Of a stretch of 38,469 nucleotides of DNA, positions 21,616 to 32,637 are shown piece after piece (the first letter of the stretch is position 1; each line of letters opens with the position of its first letter). A program made the translations under genes and the position numbers. Under the pieces are notes generated by a model, which was not told where the DNA came from, ran no database searches, and saw only the letters and a program-made list of their open reading frames with translations. The stretch lies in the sequence record DRR378314_772. One strand, given 5' to 3'.

Positions 21616-23661
21616 CTAGGACAACCGCTCACTCAGCCAGTCTTTAAAATGGACGGGGCGGGCAAAGTAGAAGCCCTGCAATAAGTCAGCGCCATTTTCT
21701 TTCAGCAATTTAACCTGAGTTTCAGTTTCTACGCCTTCTGCTACCGAGGAAACCGATAGAGATTTAGTCATATTCAGCATAGCCAGTAGCAGACCCATAT
21801 GTTTGTCATTCACTTCCGCCAGTTGAACAAACTCCCGGTCTATTTTTAGCTCGCCTATTGGCAGTTGCTGAATGCGCATGAAATTAGAATACCCAGTCCC
21901 AAAGTCATCAATAGAAAATACGACGCCGAGCCCGGCAAGCCGCGACATTGTTTGCTCGACTATTTCAGGGTCAGCTAACAGTAAGTTTTCAGTAATTTCA
22001 ATGGTCAGTTGATTCAGCGGTGCATTTTGTTCGGCAAATATTCTTTGTACCGTCTCGACATAGTCGTCTTGTAAAAACTCAATTGGACTGACATTCACCG
22101 CTATACGATCATTAAGCCCTTTATCGCTCAGCTGCCGCACAACGAAAGCGACCTGACTCAACAATTCTTTAGCCATAGGAATAATCAGTTTAAAACGCTC
22201 CGCAATTGGAATAAATTGATCTGGAGGAATGATCTCTCCGGCTTCGTTGCGCCAACGCATTAGAGCCTCTGCACCACGAACAACACCGTTGGTATCCACT
22301 TTAGACTGCAACCAGCATTCGAACTGCCCTTTACCCAAAGACGCTCGTAAAGCCACTTCGGTTTCGGCATCGGTTACAACCGAGTTGGATATTTCAGCTC
22401 GGTGTACCGCAACTTTATCCCGGCCGCTATGTCGTGCATTAGACGTTGCCGTATCGGCCTGTGACAGCAGTCCGGAAGCATTTTCATCACCTCCACTTAA
22501 ACTGACACCGACACTTGCGGTGAGATAATGCGTCTGGAATGCCGTTTTAAACGGCTCGCGCAGTACGCCGTGCAGCTTATCAATAATAGCCAGACTGGTC
22601 TCGGTAGAGTCCTGCATAACCCCCACCCAAAATCTGTCACCAAGATCTCTCGCTATCCAGCCCGAATCGCCAATAGTTTTTCTCATTCGCTGTGCAATTA
22701 ACTGAATAACACGGTCACCTTCCTCGTGGCCGTGAATTGTATTAACGCGATTAAAGTAGTCAATATTAACGGCTGCGACAGCAATGGGTAACTGACTTTC
22801 AATACGTTTCTCAACCAGATCAAGAAAACGATGACGATTTGGCAACCCCGTTTGCTCATCGAAGTTTGCTAAATATTCAAGCTTACGGGCATTTTCTTTT
22901 TGCTCGGTAATATCCCGTATAATGCCAACATATTGCGTTTCACCAGAATGCGTTATCTCGGTTACCGCCAAATCGATAGGAAACACTTCTCCAGTTTTGC
23001 GCTTAGCCTGAACTTCGCGGCCAATACCAATAATGCGGGCGCGGCCTGTTTTTTGATAAGCACTAATATAACGGTCATGTTCACGGGCATAGGGTTCAGG
23101 CATTAACACGCTAACATTTTTACCTTTCACTTCAGCGGCGCTGTAACCGAACATGCGTTCAGCCGGCACACTAAAGTTAATAATCATGCCGTTATTGTCG
23201 ATGGTAATAACTGCATCCAGTAAATTGTCCAGTGTGCTGCGTAAAGTGTTGGCTTGCTCTTGCAACTGCTGCAAACGGTACTTTTTAACCGTAATATCCT
23301 GAATGGCACCAAATAGTGCCATGTCACCATTTTTCAACGTTCGGGTAATACCCGTAATAGCAACCCAGTGAATTATTCCGCTTCTGTCTTTAAGACAACT
23401 TTCTGCTGACCAGCTATGGTGATTTTGAAAGCTTTGCTCGACCAGGTGCTCAATATTTTCACGGTATTCAGGAAGGTGAAACGCCATTGCCTGTTCATAA
23501 GTAATAGCTTCATCCTGGGCTACACCATGAATTTCTCGTAACTGAGGGCTCCAATATAAATCTCCGGACGCGGGTTCATACCAAAAGCTGCCAATGTTAG
23601 CCATGGTTTCAACACTGGTTAGCAACTCCTTTTCGCGCTGTTCCGGAGATTTATCCACCAT
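21616..23661 (-). CDS. PAS-PAS(heme)-degenerate GGDEF-EAL c-di-GMP phosphodiesterase
   Basis: FixL-like PAS ([25 protein letters not shown]); GGDEF signature replaced by DLGDRF; intact [31 protein letters not shown]. Confidence 0.9.
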   Translation of the reverse strand: MVDKSPEQREKELLTSVETMANIGSFWYEPASGDLYWSPQLREIHGVAQDEAITYEQAMAFHLPEYRENIEHLVEQSFQNHHSWSAESCLKDRSGIIHWVAITGITRTLKNGDMALFGAIQDITVKKYRLQQLQEQANTLRSTLDNLLDAVITIDNNGMIINFSVPAERMFGYSAAEVKGKNVSVLMPEPYAREHDRYISAYQKTGRARIIGIGREVQAKRKTGEVFPIDLAVTEITHSGETQYVGIIRDITEQKENARKLEYLANFDEQTGLPNRHRFLDLVEKRIESQLPIAVAAVNIDYFNRVNTIHGHEEGDRVIQLIAQRMRKTIGDSGWIARDLGDRFWVGVMQDSTETSLAIIDKLHGVLREPFKTAFQTHYLTASVGVSLSGGDENASGLLSQADTATSNARHSGRDKVAVHRAEISNSVVTDAETEVALRASLGKGQFECWLQSKVDTNGVVRGAEALMRWRNEAGEIIPPDQFIPIAERFKLIIPMAKELLSQVAFVVRQLSDKGLNDRIAVNVSPIEFLQDDYVETVQRIFAEQNAPLNQLTIEITENLLLADPEIVEQTMSRLAGLGVVFSIDDFGTGYSNFMRIQQLPIGELKIDREFVQLAEVNDKHMGLLLAMLNMTKSLSVSSVAEGVETETQVKLLKENGADLLQGFYFARPVHFKDWLSERLS

Positions 23662-23669
23662 AGTTAAAT

Positions 23670-24677
23670 TTATCCCGGGTAAGGTACAAAACCTACCGCT
23701 TTATAAACATCTGACAAAGTTTTTGCTGAGGCTTCACGTGCCTTATCAGCGCCTTGTTTCATAACCTGTTGCAAAAATGCCTGATCATTACGCATTTCGT
23801 GATACCTCTGCTGTATCGGTTCCAGCATGGCAACCACAGATTCCGCCACATCCACCTTTAGATGCCCGTACATTTTGTCTTCGTACTCAGGTACCAGCTC
23901 GTCTATCGACTTACCTGTGGCAGCTGACATAATGCTAAGCAAATTCGAGACGCCCGGCTTTTCTTCCTGATTAAAGTAAATGCGCGCCTGCTCATCAGAG
24001 TCGGTAACGGCTTTCTTAATTTTTTTCAGAATCTTCTTCGGCTCTTCCAGCAAGCCGACAAAATTATTTGGATTATCGTCCGACTTTGACATTTTCTTAG
24101 TCGGTTCCTGCAGTGACATCACCCGCGCACCGACTTTTGGAATCATTGGTTCCGGAATCGTAAAAATATCGCCATACAAGTTATTAAAACGCTCAGCAAC
24201 ATTACGCGTCATTTCCAGATGCTGCTTCTGGTCATCTCCCACCGGCACTTCATTCGCCTGGTACAACAGAATGTCTGCCGCCATTAGCGCCGGATAAGTG
24301 AACAACCCCGCATTAATATTACTGGCGTGACGCTGAGACTTATCCTTAAACTGCGTCATGCGGTTTAGCTCGCCCATTTGCGTGTAGCAGTTAAGCACCC
24401 AGGCTAATTGAGAGTGTTCCGGCACGTGCGACTGAATAAACACCGTACTCTTTGCCGGGTCAAGGCCACAAGCCAAGTACAAAGCCAGTCCATCAAGAGT
24501 TGCTTGCTGCAGTTTCTCGGCGTCCTGCCGTACAGTAATGGCGTGCTGATCAACCAGCATAAACTTACAATCGTGAGTGTCCTGCATCTTAACCCACTGA
24601 CGTAATGCGCCAATATAATTACCAATAGACAACTGTCCCGACGGCTGACAACCACTTAACACAATTGGTTTCGACAT
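23670..24677 (-). CDS. trpS: Tryptophan--tRNA ligase
   Basis: SGCQPSG..SIGNY.GA (HIGH-like), [26 protein letters not shown]. Confidence 0.98.
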   Translation of the reverse strand: MSKPIVLSGCQPSGQLSIGNYIGALRQWVKMQDTHDCKFMLVDQHAITVRQDAEKLQQATLDGLALYLACGLDPAKSTVFIQSHVPEHSQLAWVLNCYTQMGELNRMTQFKDKSQRHASNINAGLFTYPALMAADILLYQANEVPVGDDQKQHLEMTRNVAERFNNLYGDIFTIPEPMIPKVGARVMSLQEPTKKMSKSDDNPNNFVGLLEEPKKILKKIKKAVTDSDEQARIYFNQEEKPGVSNLLSIMSAATGKSIDELVPEYEDKMYGHLKVDVAESVVAMLEPIQQRYHEMRNDQAFLQQVMKQGADKAREASAKTLSDVYKAVGFVPYPG

Positions 24678-24688
24678 TACTGTTTCCT

Positions 24689-25363
24689 CTAAGAACCTGT
24701 TACCGCAGCGATTTCATCGCGCATTGTCTGGATGACACTGGCGTAATCATCCGCATTAAAAATAGCTGAACCAGCAACGAACATGTCCGCGCCAGCTTCT
24801 GCAATTTCACCAATATTTGAAACCTTAACACCACCATCCACTTCCAGGCGTATGTCGCGGCCACTTGCTTTAATTCGTTTACGCACCGCTCTGAGCTTAT
24901 CAAGCGTTGACGGAATAAAAGACTGTCCACCAAAACCCGGGTTAACCGACATCAGTAAAATGACATCCACTTTGTCCATAACATGATCAAGGTAATGCAG
25001 CGGTGTTGCAGGGTTTAACACTAAACCCGCCTGGCAACCCTGTTCGTGAATAAGCTGTAAAGTCCGGTCAACATGGTCGGATGCTTCCGGGTGGAAAGTA
25101 ATGATAGAAGCCCCGGCTTCGGCAAAGTCTGGAATAATACGGTCAACAGGCTTAACCATTAAATGCACGTCAATTGGCGCTTCAATTCCGTAATCACGTA
25201 ACGCTTTGCATACCATAGGACCTATCGTCAGGTTAGGCACGTAGTGGTTATCCATTACGTCAAAATGCACGACATCGGCACCAGCGTTCAATACCGCATC
25301 AACTTCCTCACCTAACCGCGCGAAGTCCGCGGACAGTATCGACGGTGCAATTAGTGGTTTCAT
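24689..25363 (-). CDS. rpe: Ribulose-phosphate 3-epimerase
   Basis: [39 protein letters not shown]. Confidence 0.98.
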   Translation of the reverse strand: MKPLIAPSILSADFARLGEEVDAVLNAGADVVHFDVMDNHYVPNLTIGPMVCKALRDYGIEAPIDVHLMVKPVDRIIPDFAEAGASIITFHPEASDHVDRTLQLIHEQGCQAGLVLNPATPLHYLDHVMDKVDVILLMSVNPGFGGQSFIPSTLDKLRAVRKRIKASGRDIRLEVDGGVKVSNIGEIAEAGADMFVAGSAIFNADDYASVIQTMRDEIAAVTGS

Positions 25364-25498
25364 TGTTCGTTTTCCTGACCTATTTCAAAATGATGCTTAT
25401 TGTAGCAGTTAACCCATGACAAAAAAATTCGCAATGATGACTAGAATTTTTACAAAATCGCTGATAAATTAGTCAATCAAGACTTGAGAGGGACTTTC

Positions 25499-25801
25499 AT
25501 GCGATTACTAACAATAATAACATCACTAGCATTAGCTGCGTTTACTGCGCTTGCTATCGTGAGTCCTTCCTCGCTCGTTGCTCAGCAAAACCCCACTCAG
25601 CGCTGCCAGCAGCTTGTCACTGAAATAGAACCCAGTAACACCTCTGTTGAGTGTCAGTTAGCTGCCGAGCAAGTGACATGGTTTAGCTGGTTAAAAGGCG
25701 ACAGCCGGTCCGTACAATTTCACTTCTTCGACTTGATTGAGTTAATCTCGAGTTCAAGCGACAGCAACAAAAAACATTATCAAAACGAATACACTGATTA
25801 A
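25499..25801 (+). CDS. Small exported hypothetical protein
   Basis: GAGAGGGA RBS before ATG 25499; signal-peptide-like N-terminus; two Cys; WFSWLKGDSRSVQFHFFDLIELI segment. Confidence 0.7.
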   Translation: MRLLTIITSLALAAFTALAIVSPSSLVAQQNPTQRCQQLVTEIEPSNTSVECQLAAEQVTWFSWLKGDSRSVQFHFFDLIELISSSSDSNKKHYQNEYTD

Positions 25802-26022
25802 TGTCTGAATCTACCGAAAATAAAACCTCTAAACCAGGTGTCTTTAGTATGGTTATGAGTGTGTTGGCGGCATTTTTGGGTGTGCAAACAGAAAAAAACC
25901 GCCAACGAGACTTCCAGCATGGTAGCCCGAAAGCCTACATCATCATTGGCGTTATTCTTACCATTCTATTCGTGTTTGGTTTAATTGGTCTCGTTAACCT
26001 GGTCCTGGCTACCGCTGCCTGA
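25801..26022 (+). CDS. DUF2970-like small membrane protein
   Basis: SVLAAFLGVQ..KNRQRDF..G.P..YII.G pattern, two hydrophobic segments; TAATG coupling with the upstream gene. Confidence 0.8.
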   Translation: MSESTENKTSKPGVFSMVMSVLAAFLGVQTEKNRQRDFQHGSPKAYIIIGVILTILFVFGLIGLVNLVLATAA

Positions 26023-26032
26023 TGCTATTGCA

Positions 26033-28072
26033 TCAGGCCGCTATACCGCTATGACGTAACAAAGCTTCGGCATTCGGTTCGCGACCACGAAATTCCTGAA
26101 ATAAATCTGCGGCTTTACGGCTGCCGCCACGCTCCAGAATGACATGTAAAAAGTCGCGCCCGGTTGTAGCGTTAAATATGCCCTCTTCTTCAAAGCGCGC
26201 AAACGCATCAGACGACAGCACTTCAGCCCATTTGTAACTGTAATAACCTGCCGCATAGCCGCCAGCAAAGATATGACCAAAGCTATGCTGAAAACGGTTG
26301 TACTCCGGTGGAATACGTACCGAAGTTTGCTGACGCACTTCACTCAGAATTTCACTAATACGCGCACCCGTGTTTTCGTCAAACTCGTGGTGAATGCGCA
26401 TATCAAACAGCGAGAACTCCAATTGACGCATCATTTGCATAGCCGACTGATAATTGCGCGCAGCCAGCATTTTTTCCAGAAGCTCCTGCGGCAGCGGTTC
26501 ACCGGTTTCATAGTGTCCGGATATTAATGCCAGCGCTTCCGGTTCCCAGCACCAGTTTTCCAGGAATTGACTGGGCAGCTCAACAGCGTCCCATTCAACA
26601 CCGTTAATACCAGACAAACCAGCGGTATCGACCTGAGTTAACATGTGGTGCAAGCCATGACCGAATTCATGGAATAATGTCAGCACTTCATCGTGAGTAA
26701 AGAGTGCAGGCTTACCACCCACCGGCTTGCTAAAATTACAGGTTAAAAAGGCCACCGGGTTTTGCAATTCGCCATCGGCGTGCACTCTGCGGCCGACAAA
26801 ATCCGCCATCCAGGCGCCTCCTCGCTTGCCTGAACGCGCGTAGAGATCCAGGTAGAAGCTGCCACGCAAATGTCCGTCGGCATCGTGAATGCGGAAGAAA
26901 CGCACATTCTCATGCCAGGTTTTTACGTCTTTTTGCTCGCTAACCGTCATGCCAAACAGGCGCTTAACCACCTCAAACAAACCGTTTAGCACTTGTTGCT
27001 CAGGAAAGTAGGGGCGTAATAATTCATCGGAAATAGAGTAGCGCTGCTGCTTTAACTGCTCACTAAAGTAAGGAACATCCCAGGCTTCCATTTTCTCCAC
27101 GCCTTGCTCTGCCGCAAAGGTTTCAATTTCAGCATACTCGGCTTTCGCCTGTGCTTTAGACTTATTGGCAAGCTCCTGCACAAAACCTAATACCTGCTCC
27201 GGCGACTCAGCCATTTTCGTCGCCAGTGACATTTCAGCAAAGTCGTTAAAACCTAACAGCTCCGACATTTCATGACGCAAAGCCAAAGTTTCGTTCATAA
27301 CCTCAGAGTTATCGAACTCCCCGCCATTAGGTCCAGTTTCCGACGCGCGGGTCACAAAAGCCTGGTACATTTCTTTACGCAGCTCCCGGTCTTCGGCGTA
27401 CAACATGACCGGCAGATAACTTGGAATATCTAAAGTGAACAACCAGCCTTCTTTTTCCTGGTCTGCTGCGGTTTCTTTTGCAGCTTCTTTGATGCTTTCC
27501 GGCAAGCCAGCCAGGCGGCTTTCATCGGTAATCAGGCAAGTCCATGCGTGGGTGGCATCCAGCAAGTTGTTGCTGAAGGTTGAAGACAAGTCAGACAGCC
27601 GCGATGAAATTTCAGCATAACGTTTCTTTTTGTCTTCGGGTAAATCCACACCCGACAAACGAAAATCACGTAGGGTGTCGTTAATGAGTTTTTGCTGGGC
27701 TTCGGTCAAACTGTCGAACTCGTCACTTTCACGCAGTGCCTGATAAGCGTCAAACAAGCCTTTGTGCTGTCCTACATAGGTTGCGTAGTCCGACAACAAT
27801 GGCAGGCAACTGTCATGCGCTTCACGCAGTTCAGGCGTGCTTAATACGGAGTTCAAATGCGATACCGGTGCCCAGACATGCTCAAGCTTTTCATCCGCAT
27901 CGGTCAAAGGTTCAATCAAACCATTCCAGCTAAAATCACCATGTTCCAGTACTTCATCAATGGTTTTTCGAGCGTGCTGTATGCACTCTTCAACAGCGGG
28001 TTGTATATGTTCGGGTTTAATTTGCTCAAAGTCCGGAAGCTGGCTCTGTTCTAATAGCGGGTTATGGCTCAT
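26033..28072 (-). CDS. prlC: Oligopeptidase A (M3 family)
   Basis: NPLL, KRGGAWM, FHEFGHGLHH (HExxH), WDAVELPSQ, GGYAAGYYSYKWAEVL. Confidence 0.97.
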   Translation of the reverse strand: MSHNPLLEQSQLPDFEQIKPEHIQPAVEECIQHARKTIDEVLEHGDFSWNGLIEPLTDADEKLEHVWAPVSHLNSVLSTPELREAHDSCLPLLSDYATYVGQHKGLFDAYQALRESDEFDSLTEAQQKLINDTLRDFRLSGVDLPEDKKKRYAEISSRLSDLSSTFSNNLLDATHAWTCLITDESRLAGLPESIKEAAKETAADQEKEGWLFTLDIPSYLPVMLYAEDRELRKEMYQAFVTRASETGPNGGEFDNSEVMNETLALRHEMSELLGFNDFAEMSLATKMAESPEQVLGFVQELANKSKAQAKAEYAEIETFAAEQGVEKMEAWDVPYFSEQLKQQRYSISDELLRPYFPEQQVLNGLFEVVKRLFGMTVSEQKDVKTWHENVRFFRIHDADGHLRGSFYLDLYARSGKRGGAWMADFVGRRVHADGELQNPVAFLTCNFSKPVGGKPALFTHDEVLTLFHEFGHGLHHMLTQVDTAGLSGINGVEWDAVELPSQFLENWCWEPEALALISGHYETGEPLPQELLEKMLAARNYQSAMQMMRQLEFSLFDMRIHHEFDENTGARISEILSEVRQQTSVRIPPEYNRFQHSFGHIFAGGYAAGYYSYKWAEVLSSDAFARFEEEGIFNATTGRDFLHVILERGGSRKAADLFQEFRGREPNAEALLRHSGIAA

Positions 28073-28105
28073 TTTTACCTCAATTTTTCAAAATGCTTAC
28101 AATGG

Positions 28106-28133
28106 ATATTGGGGCTTTGCGCTAGTCTTCAAC
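28106..28133 (-). promoter_or_regulatory. sigma32 (RpoH)-type promoter for prlC
   Basis: Minus strand GTTGAA, 14 nt, CCCAATAT (consensus CTTGAA-N13-14-CCCCATNT); prlC is a heat-shock gene in E. coli. Confidence 0.6.
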
Positions 28134-28206
28134 CACGCTTATGTGGTTTCCTGCGTTTTTTGCGGTATTATCAGTTCGTTAATAAATCAGAATAAAGGTA
28201 AATGTC

Positions 28207-30516
28207 ATGTCTGACACCTCTTTTCGATCTTTACGCTTATTGGCCGGATTAACGGCCATTATTACCTTAAGTGCCTGTAGTAACCTGGGTGGACAATCCA
28301 CTGCGGACTCCGATAAAGCTGACGTAACAGGTGTTAGCCAGCTGACAGCGGAGAAAATATTCGCCAGTGATACCTTCAATATTGACCGCCCGGCTCCAAC
28401 TCGCTGGCTTGAAGACGGCTCAGGTTATACGACTTTAGAACAGTCCGACTCAGCCGATGGCCGCGATATTGTTCGTTACCACCCTGAAACCAACGAGCGC
28501 ACGGTTTTAGTCAGCGCTAAACAGCTAACTCCGCAAGGTAAAAACAAAGCGCTGGATATTGCCGATTACGTCTGGTCAGACGATGGCGAGAAAGTACTTA
28601 TTTTCACCAATACCAAGCGTTCGTGGCGCACCCATACTCTGGGCGATTACTGGGTGCTGAACCGCAACAACAACGAATTACGCCAACTGGGTGGTAATGC
28701 GCCCGAGTCGACTTTGCAGTTTGCTAAGTTTAATCCGCAAGGTACAAAAGTCGCGTTCGTTATGCAGAACAACATTTACGTGCAGGATCTTAGCAGCTTC
28801 ACTGTCAGCGCGCTGACCAGCGACGGCAGCGACACTATAGTTAACGGTACCTTCGACTGGGTTAACGAAGAAGAGTTTTTCCTGCGCGACGGTTTCCGCT
28901 GGAGCCCCAATGGCAAGCACATTGCTTATTGGCAGCTGGACACCGAAGGCACGCCGGTATTCACCATGATCAATAACACCGACGAACTCTACCCAACGTT
29001 AAAAGAGTTCCCTTACCCGAAAGTGGGTGAAACTAACGCGGCTATGCGCATTGGCGTTATGCCGGCCAGTGGCGGTCAGACAAAATGGATGGATATTCCC
29101 GGTGACCCTCGCCAGCATTACCTGGTGCGCATGAACTGGGCTGGCAACAGCGAAAAACTGTTAATTCAGCAACTGACCCGCAAACAGCACATTAATCGCG
29201 CTTTTATCAGCGATATTGAAACCGGTCGCAGTCAGGAGCTGTTACGCGAAAGCACCGACTCGTGGGCCGAATATGTCGACGACATTCACTTTTTAAATGA
29301 TGGTCGCGAATTTACCTGGTTAAGCGAACGCAGCGGTTATCGCCATATCTATCGCGTGCATCGTGATACCGGCAGAACCACAGCGATTACCCGCGGTAAC
29401 TGGGACGTGGTTGAAGTGCTGCGGGTAAACGAAGAAAACGGCTGGGTCTATTTTATTGCTTCACCGGAAACACCTCTGGAGCGTTATCTGTTCCGCGCCA
29501 GCTTAGACGGCAGCGGCCGCTTAGAGCGTCTTACACCGGACATGGACGGCACCCACAGTTACAGCATTTCGCAAGACGCCAAATACGCTGAACATACCTT
29601 TAGTTCGGTTAACCAGGTTCCGGTTACTAATATGATTTCACTGCCGGATCATGAAGTTATTCGTACGGTGGTTGACAATAACGAGGTACAGCAAGCGGTT
29701 GAGCAGGTGCAGAAACAACCGGTTGAGTTTTTCCGGGTGGAAGCTCGTGACGGGTTAGAGCTGGACGGCTACATTATGAAGCCAACTGACTTCGACCCCA
29801 GCAAAGAGTACCCCATTTTGTTCTACGTTTACGGCGAACCCTGGGGGCAGACAGTGGCCAACCGCTGGGGCGGCTCATTGTATTTATGGCATACCATGCT
29901 GACACAGCAGGGCTATATTGTTGCGTCTATTGATAACCGCGGCACCAAGTCACCACGCGGCTTTGACTGGCGCCGTTCTATTTACAAGAACCTGGGCGTT
30001 GTTACCGTACGCGACCAATACGATGCGCTGCAACAAATGCTGGAACGCTGGGACTTTATTGATGAAAGCCGTGTAGGCATCTGGGGACACAGCGGCGGCG
30101 GTTCACAAACCCTGAATGCGTTATTCCGTTACCCGGACAGCTACCACATGGGTATGGCGCTGGCACCAGTACCTGATTTAACGCTGTACGATACCATTTA
30201 TCAGGAGCGGTACTCTGGTTTACTGCCTGAGTCTGCCGAGCGTTATAAAGAAACCTCGGCCATTACGCACGCTGAAAACCTGGAAGGCGACTTACTGTTA
30301 GTGCACGGTACGGGAGACGACAACGTTCACTTTCAGGGCAGCGAGCGCCTGGTCAATGAGCTCATTAAACACGGTAAGCAGTTTGAGTTTTTCGCTTACC
30401 CGAACCGCTCTCATGGTATTTACGAAGGTGAAGGTACAACCCTTCATTTACGCACCATGATGACCGAGTTTGTGAAAGAGAACTTACCAGCCGGCGAACG
30501 CTCGTCATCTGAGTAA
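28207..30516 (+). CDS. Dipeptidyl peptidase IV-type S9B serine peptidase, lipoprotein
   Basis: ITLSAC lipobox; DWVNEEE di-Glu motif, YPKVG, GHSGGG nucleophile, GTGDDNVH, NRSHG. Confidence 0.92.
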   Translation: MSDTSFRSLRLLAGLTAIITLSACSNLGGQSTADSDKADVTGVSQLTAEKIFASDTFNIDRPAPTRWLEDGSGYTTLEQSDSADGRDIVRYHPETNERTVLVSAKQLTPQGKNKALDIADYVWSDDGEKVLIFTNTKRSWRTHTLGDYWVLNRNNNELRQLGGNAPESTLQFAKFNPQGTKVAFVMQNNIYVQDLSSFTVSALTSDGSDTIVNGTFDWVNEEEFFLRDGFRWSPNGKHIAYWQLDTEGTPVFTMINNTDELYPTLKEFPYPKVGETNAAMRIGVMPASGGQTKWMDIPGDPRQHYLVRMNWAGNSEKLLIQQLTRKQHINRAFISDIETGRSQELLRESTDSWAEYVDDIHFLNDGREFTWLSERSGYRHIYRVHRDTGRTTAITRGNWDVVEVLRVNEENGWVYFIASPETPLERYLFRASLDGSGRLERLTPDMDGTHSYSISQDAKYAEHTFSSVNQVPVTNMISLPDHEVIRTVVDNNEVQQAVEQVQKQPVEFFRVEARDGLELDGYIMKPTDFDPSKEYPILFYVYGEPWGQTVANRWGGSLYLWHTMLTQQGYIVASIDNRGTKSPRGFDWRRSIYKNLGVVTVRDQYDALQQMLERWDFIDESRVGIWGHSGGGSQTLNALFRYPDSYHMGMALAPVPDLTLYDTIYQERYSGLLPESAERYKETSAITHAENLEGDLLLVHGTGDDNVHFQGSERLVNELIKHGKQFEFFAYPNRSHGIYEGEGTTLHLRTMMTEFVKENLPAGERSSSE

Positions 30517-30560
30517 TGAACTGATCTTTCGATTACCGCTATCGGTATAAAAAGCATGAC

Positions 30561-30599
30561 AACCCCGTGTCTTTATTTGCAAGATACGGGGTTTTTATT
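30561..30599 (+). terminator. Intrinsic terminator after the S9 peptidase gene
   Basis: AACCCCGTGTCTT-TATTTGC-AAGATACGGGGTT followed by TTTATT. Confidence 0.8.
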
Positions 30600-30643
30600 C
30601 AAGATATCCGCAGTTTTTGAATTGAGTACAGGAGTTAAGCAAT

Positions 30644-31996
30644 ATGACCAGACATTATGACTATCTTGCGATAGGCGCAGGTAGTGGCGGCATAGCCTCA
30701 GCCAACCGCGCAGCGATACGTGGCGCAAAAGCAGCCGTTATTGAAGCGAAACACGTTGGCGGCACCTGCGTAAACGTGGGCTGTGTTCCCAAGAAAGTCA
30801 TGTGGTACGGCGCTCATATTGCTGAAGCCATAAAATACTCGCCGTCATACGGCTTTGAGCTTGAACAGAAAGGTTTTGACTGGGCGACTATGGTTAAAAA
30901 CCGCGAAGCCTATATTGAACGCATTCACGGTGGTTACCATCGCGGCTTTCAAGGTAATGGCGTTGAGTTTATAGAAGGCTTTGCGAAATTCGTTGACCAC
31001 AAAACAGTAGAGGTTAACGGAGAAAAGATTACCGCTGACCATATTACCATTGCCACCGGCGGGCGCCCCATGATCCCCGAAGTTCCCGGTGCTGAGCATG
31101 GTATAGACTCTGACGGCTTCTTTGCCCTGACGGAACAGCCTAAAAAGGCAGCCGTTATTGGAGCCGGTTATATTGCCGTTGAAATTGCCGGTGTCTTCCA
31201 TGCATTAGGCACTGACACTCACTTAATGGTACGTCGTGACCGCCCATTACGCACCTTTGATAAAGATATTACCGATGGTTTGCTGGAGCGCATGAAGCAG
31301 GACGGCCCTGAACTTCATACAGAAACCACCGTTCGCGAAGTGGTTAAACAAGATGACGGCACATTAACCCTGCACTTTGAAGGTGGTCAGACAATGGACG
31401 GCTTCGACTGCTTAGTCTGGGCTATAGGCCGCGTACCATCCACCGATAAAATTAACCTGGAATGCACCGGTGTAGAACTGGATAGCGAAGGCTTTATTAA
31501 CGTCGATAAATTCCAGAATACCAACGTACAAGGTATTTACGCTGTAGGCGATAATACTGGTGCCGCAGCACTTACACCGGTTGCTATAAAAGCAGGACGC
31601 TTACTGGCGGAGCGCTTGTTTAACAACATGCCAAACGCGCACATGGACTTTGAAAACATTCCGACCGTTGTATTCAGCCACCCGACCATTGGTACCGTTG
31701 GTCTGAGCGAGGAAGACGCTAAGCTGAAATTCGGTGAAGACAACATTACTGTGTATAAGTCATCGTTCGCAGCCATGTACAATGCCGTGACTCCGCACCG
31801 AGCTCTTAGTTATTTTAAGCTGGTATGCCACGGCAAAGAAGAAAAAGTGGTCGGCATTCACGGTATTGGTGAAGGTATGGACGAGATATTACAAGGCTTT
31901 GCCGTTGCTTTGAAGATGGGGGCAACTAAAGCTGACTTAGATTCGACTGTGGCTCTGCATCCGACCAGTGCTGAAGAGTTCGTTACTCTGAAATAG
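30644..31996 (+). CDS. gor: Glutathione-disulfide reductase
   Basis: [19 protein letters not shown] redox centre, [20 protein letters not shown]. Confidence 0.98.
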   Translation: MTRHYDYLAIGAGSGGIASANRAAIRGAKAAVIEAKHVGGTCVNVGCVPKKVMWYGAHIAEAIKYSPSYGFELEQKGFDWATMVKNREAYIERIHGGYHRGFQGNGVEFIEGFAKFVDHKTVEVNGEKITADHITIATGGRPMIPEVPGAEHGIDSDGFFALTEQPKKAAVIGAGYIAVEIAGVFHALGTDTHLMVRRDRPLRTFDKDITDGLLERMKQDGPELHTETTVREVVKQDDGTLTLHFEGGQTMDGFDCLVWAIGRVPSTDKINLECTGVELDSEGFINVDKFQNTNVQGIYAVGDNTGAAALTPVAIKAGRLLAERLFNNMPNAHMDFENIPTVVFSHPTIGTVGLSEEDAKLKFGEDNITVYKSSFAAMYNAVTPHRALSYFKLVCHGKEEKVVGIHGIGEGMDEILQGFAVALKMGATKADLDSTVALHPTSAEEFVTLK

Positions 31997-32153
31997 AGGG
32001 TATCAAACTGATTTCAAAGTAAGCTTTTGAGGTCATTCTAAGGGTAGCTATCGACTGGAATTTCTAGGTTGAAAGTTGCCCTATGGATGGCAAGCCAATT
32101 TAATGAAAATTCATTTCTACCATGGTTCTATTTTGGAGCAGAGGTCAGACTGG

Positions 32154-32621
32154 TTACACCTTTACATCAATGCCGATATGCTCCCGACTTCCCTTAATAA
32201 AACTCTCTAAATTATACAAAGTATGAAGGGCGTCGCCGTATATCTTTACAGATTCAGAGAAGCCTTGTTCCTGACGATCAATTTCTTTAATTCGGGCATA
32301 CCTTTCTTCAAGGTGACTAATCGCATCTATAGAACTTTCATTACCGAAATCTTGCCCAACCATGATAAAAACTGATGCTGCATTGCCGGATATTTCGCCA
32401 GATTCAAATAGGTACCCTCCTAATTTACGTAAGTCATCAGGATTCATATCACGTAAATTATACTGTGAAATTTCATTTCGAAGCTCTTCTGACTTTTGGC
32501 TAATAATGTCATCCGATACTTCATCCGCTAATCCGATGGGGCTTTCTGTGGAGAATGGCCCATTACTATAGTGAGAAGACACTTGATCGGCATATGTATG
32601 ATTCAATGCATTTATGTTCAT
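32154..32621 (-). CDS. Hypothetical protein, 155 aa, candidate sigma28-regulated
   Basis: GGAG RBS before ATG; no Sec signal; S/N/H-rich N-terminus; YNLRDMNPDDLRKL..YLFESGEIS core; ends IDVKV; downstream of a sigma28-type promoter. Confidence 0.75.
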   Translation of the reverse strand: MNINALNHTYADQVSSHYSNGPFSTESPIGLADEVSDDIISQKSEELRNEISQYNLRDMNPDDLRKLGGYLFESGEISGNAASVFIMVGQDFGNESSIDAISHLEERYARIKEIDRQEQGFSESVKIYGDALHTLYNLESFIKGSREHIGIDVKV

Positions 32622-32637
32622 AACTTGCTCCGCTTAA

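Noticed and set aside
27837-28214. 125-aa plus-strand ORF spanning the prlC start and intergenic region
   Set aside because: Mostly antisense to prlC; Cys/Ser-rich composition typical of shadow frames
30539-30566. ACCGATAG on the minus strand resembling a sigma28 -10 box
   Set aside because: No -35 element at 15 nt, and it would point antisense into the S9 peptidase gene
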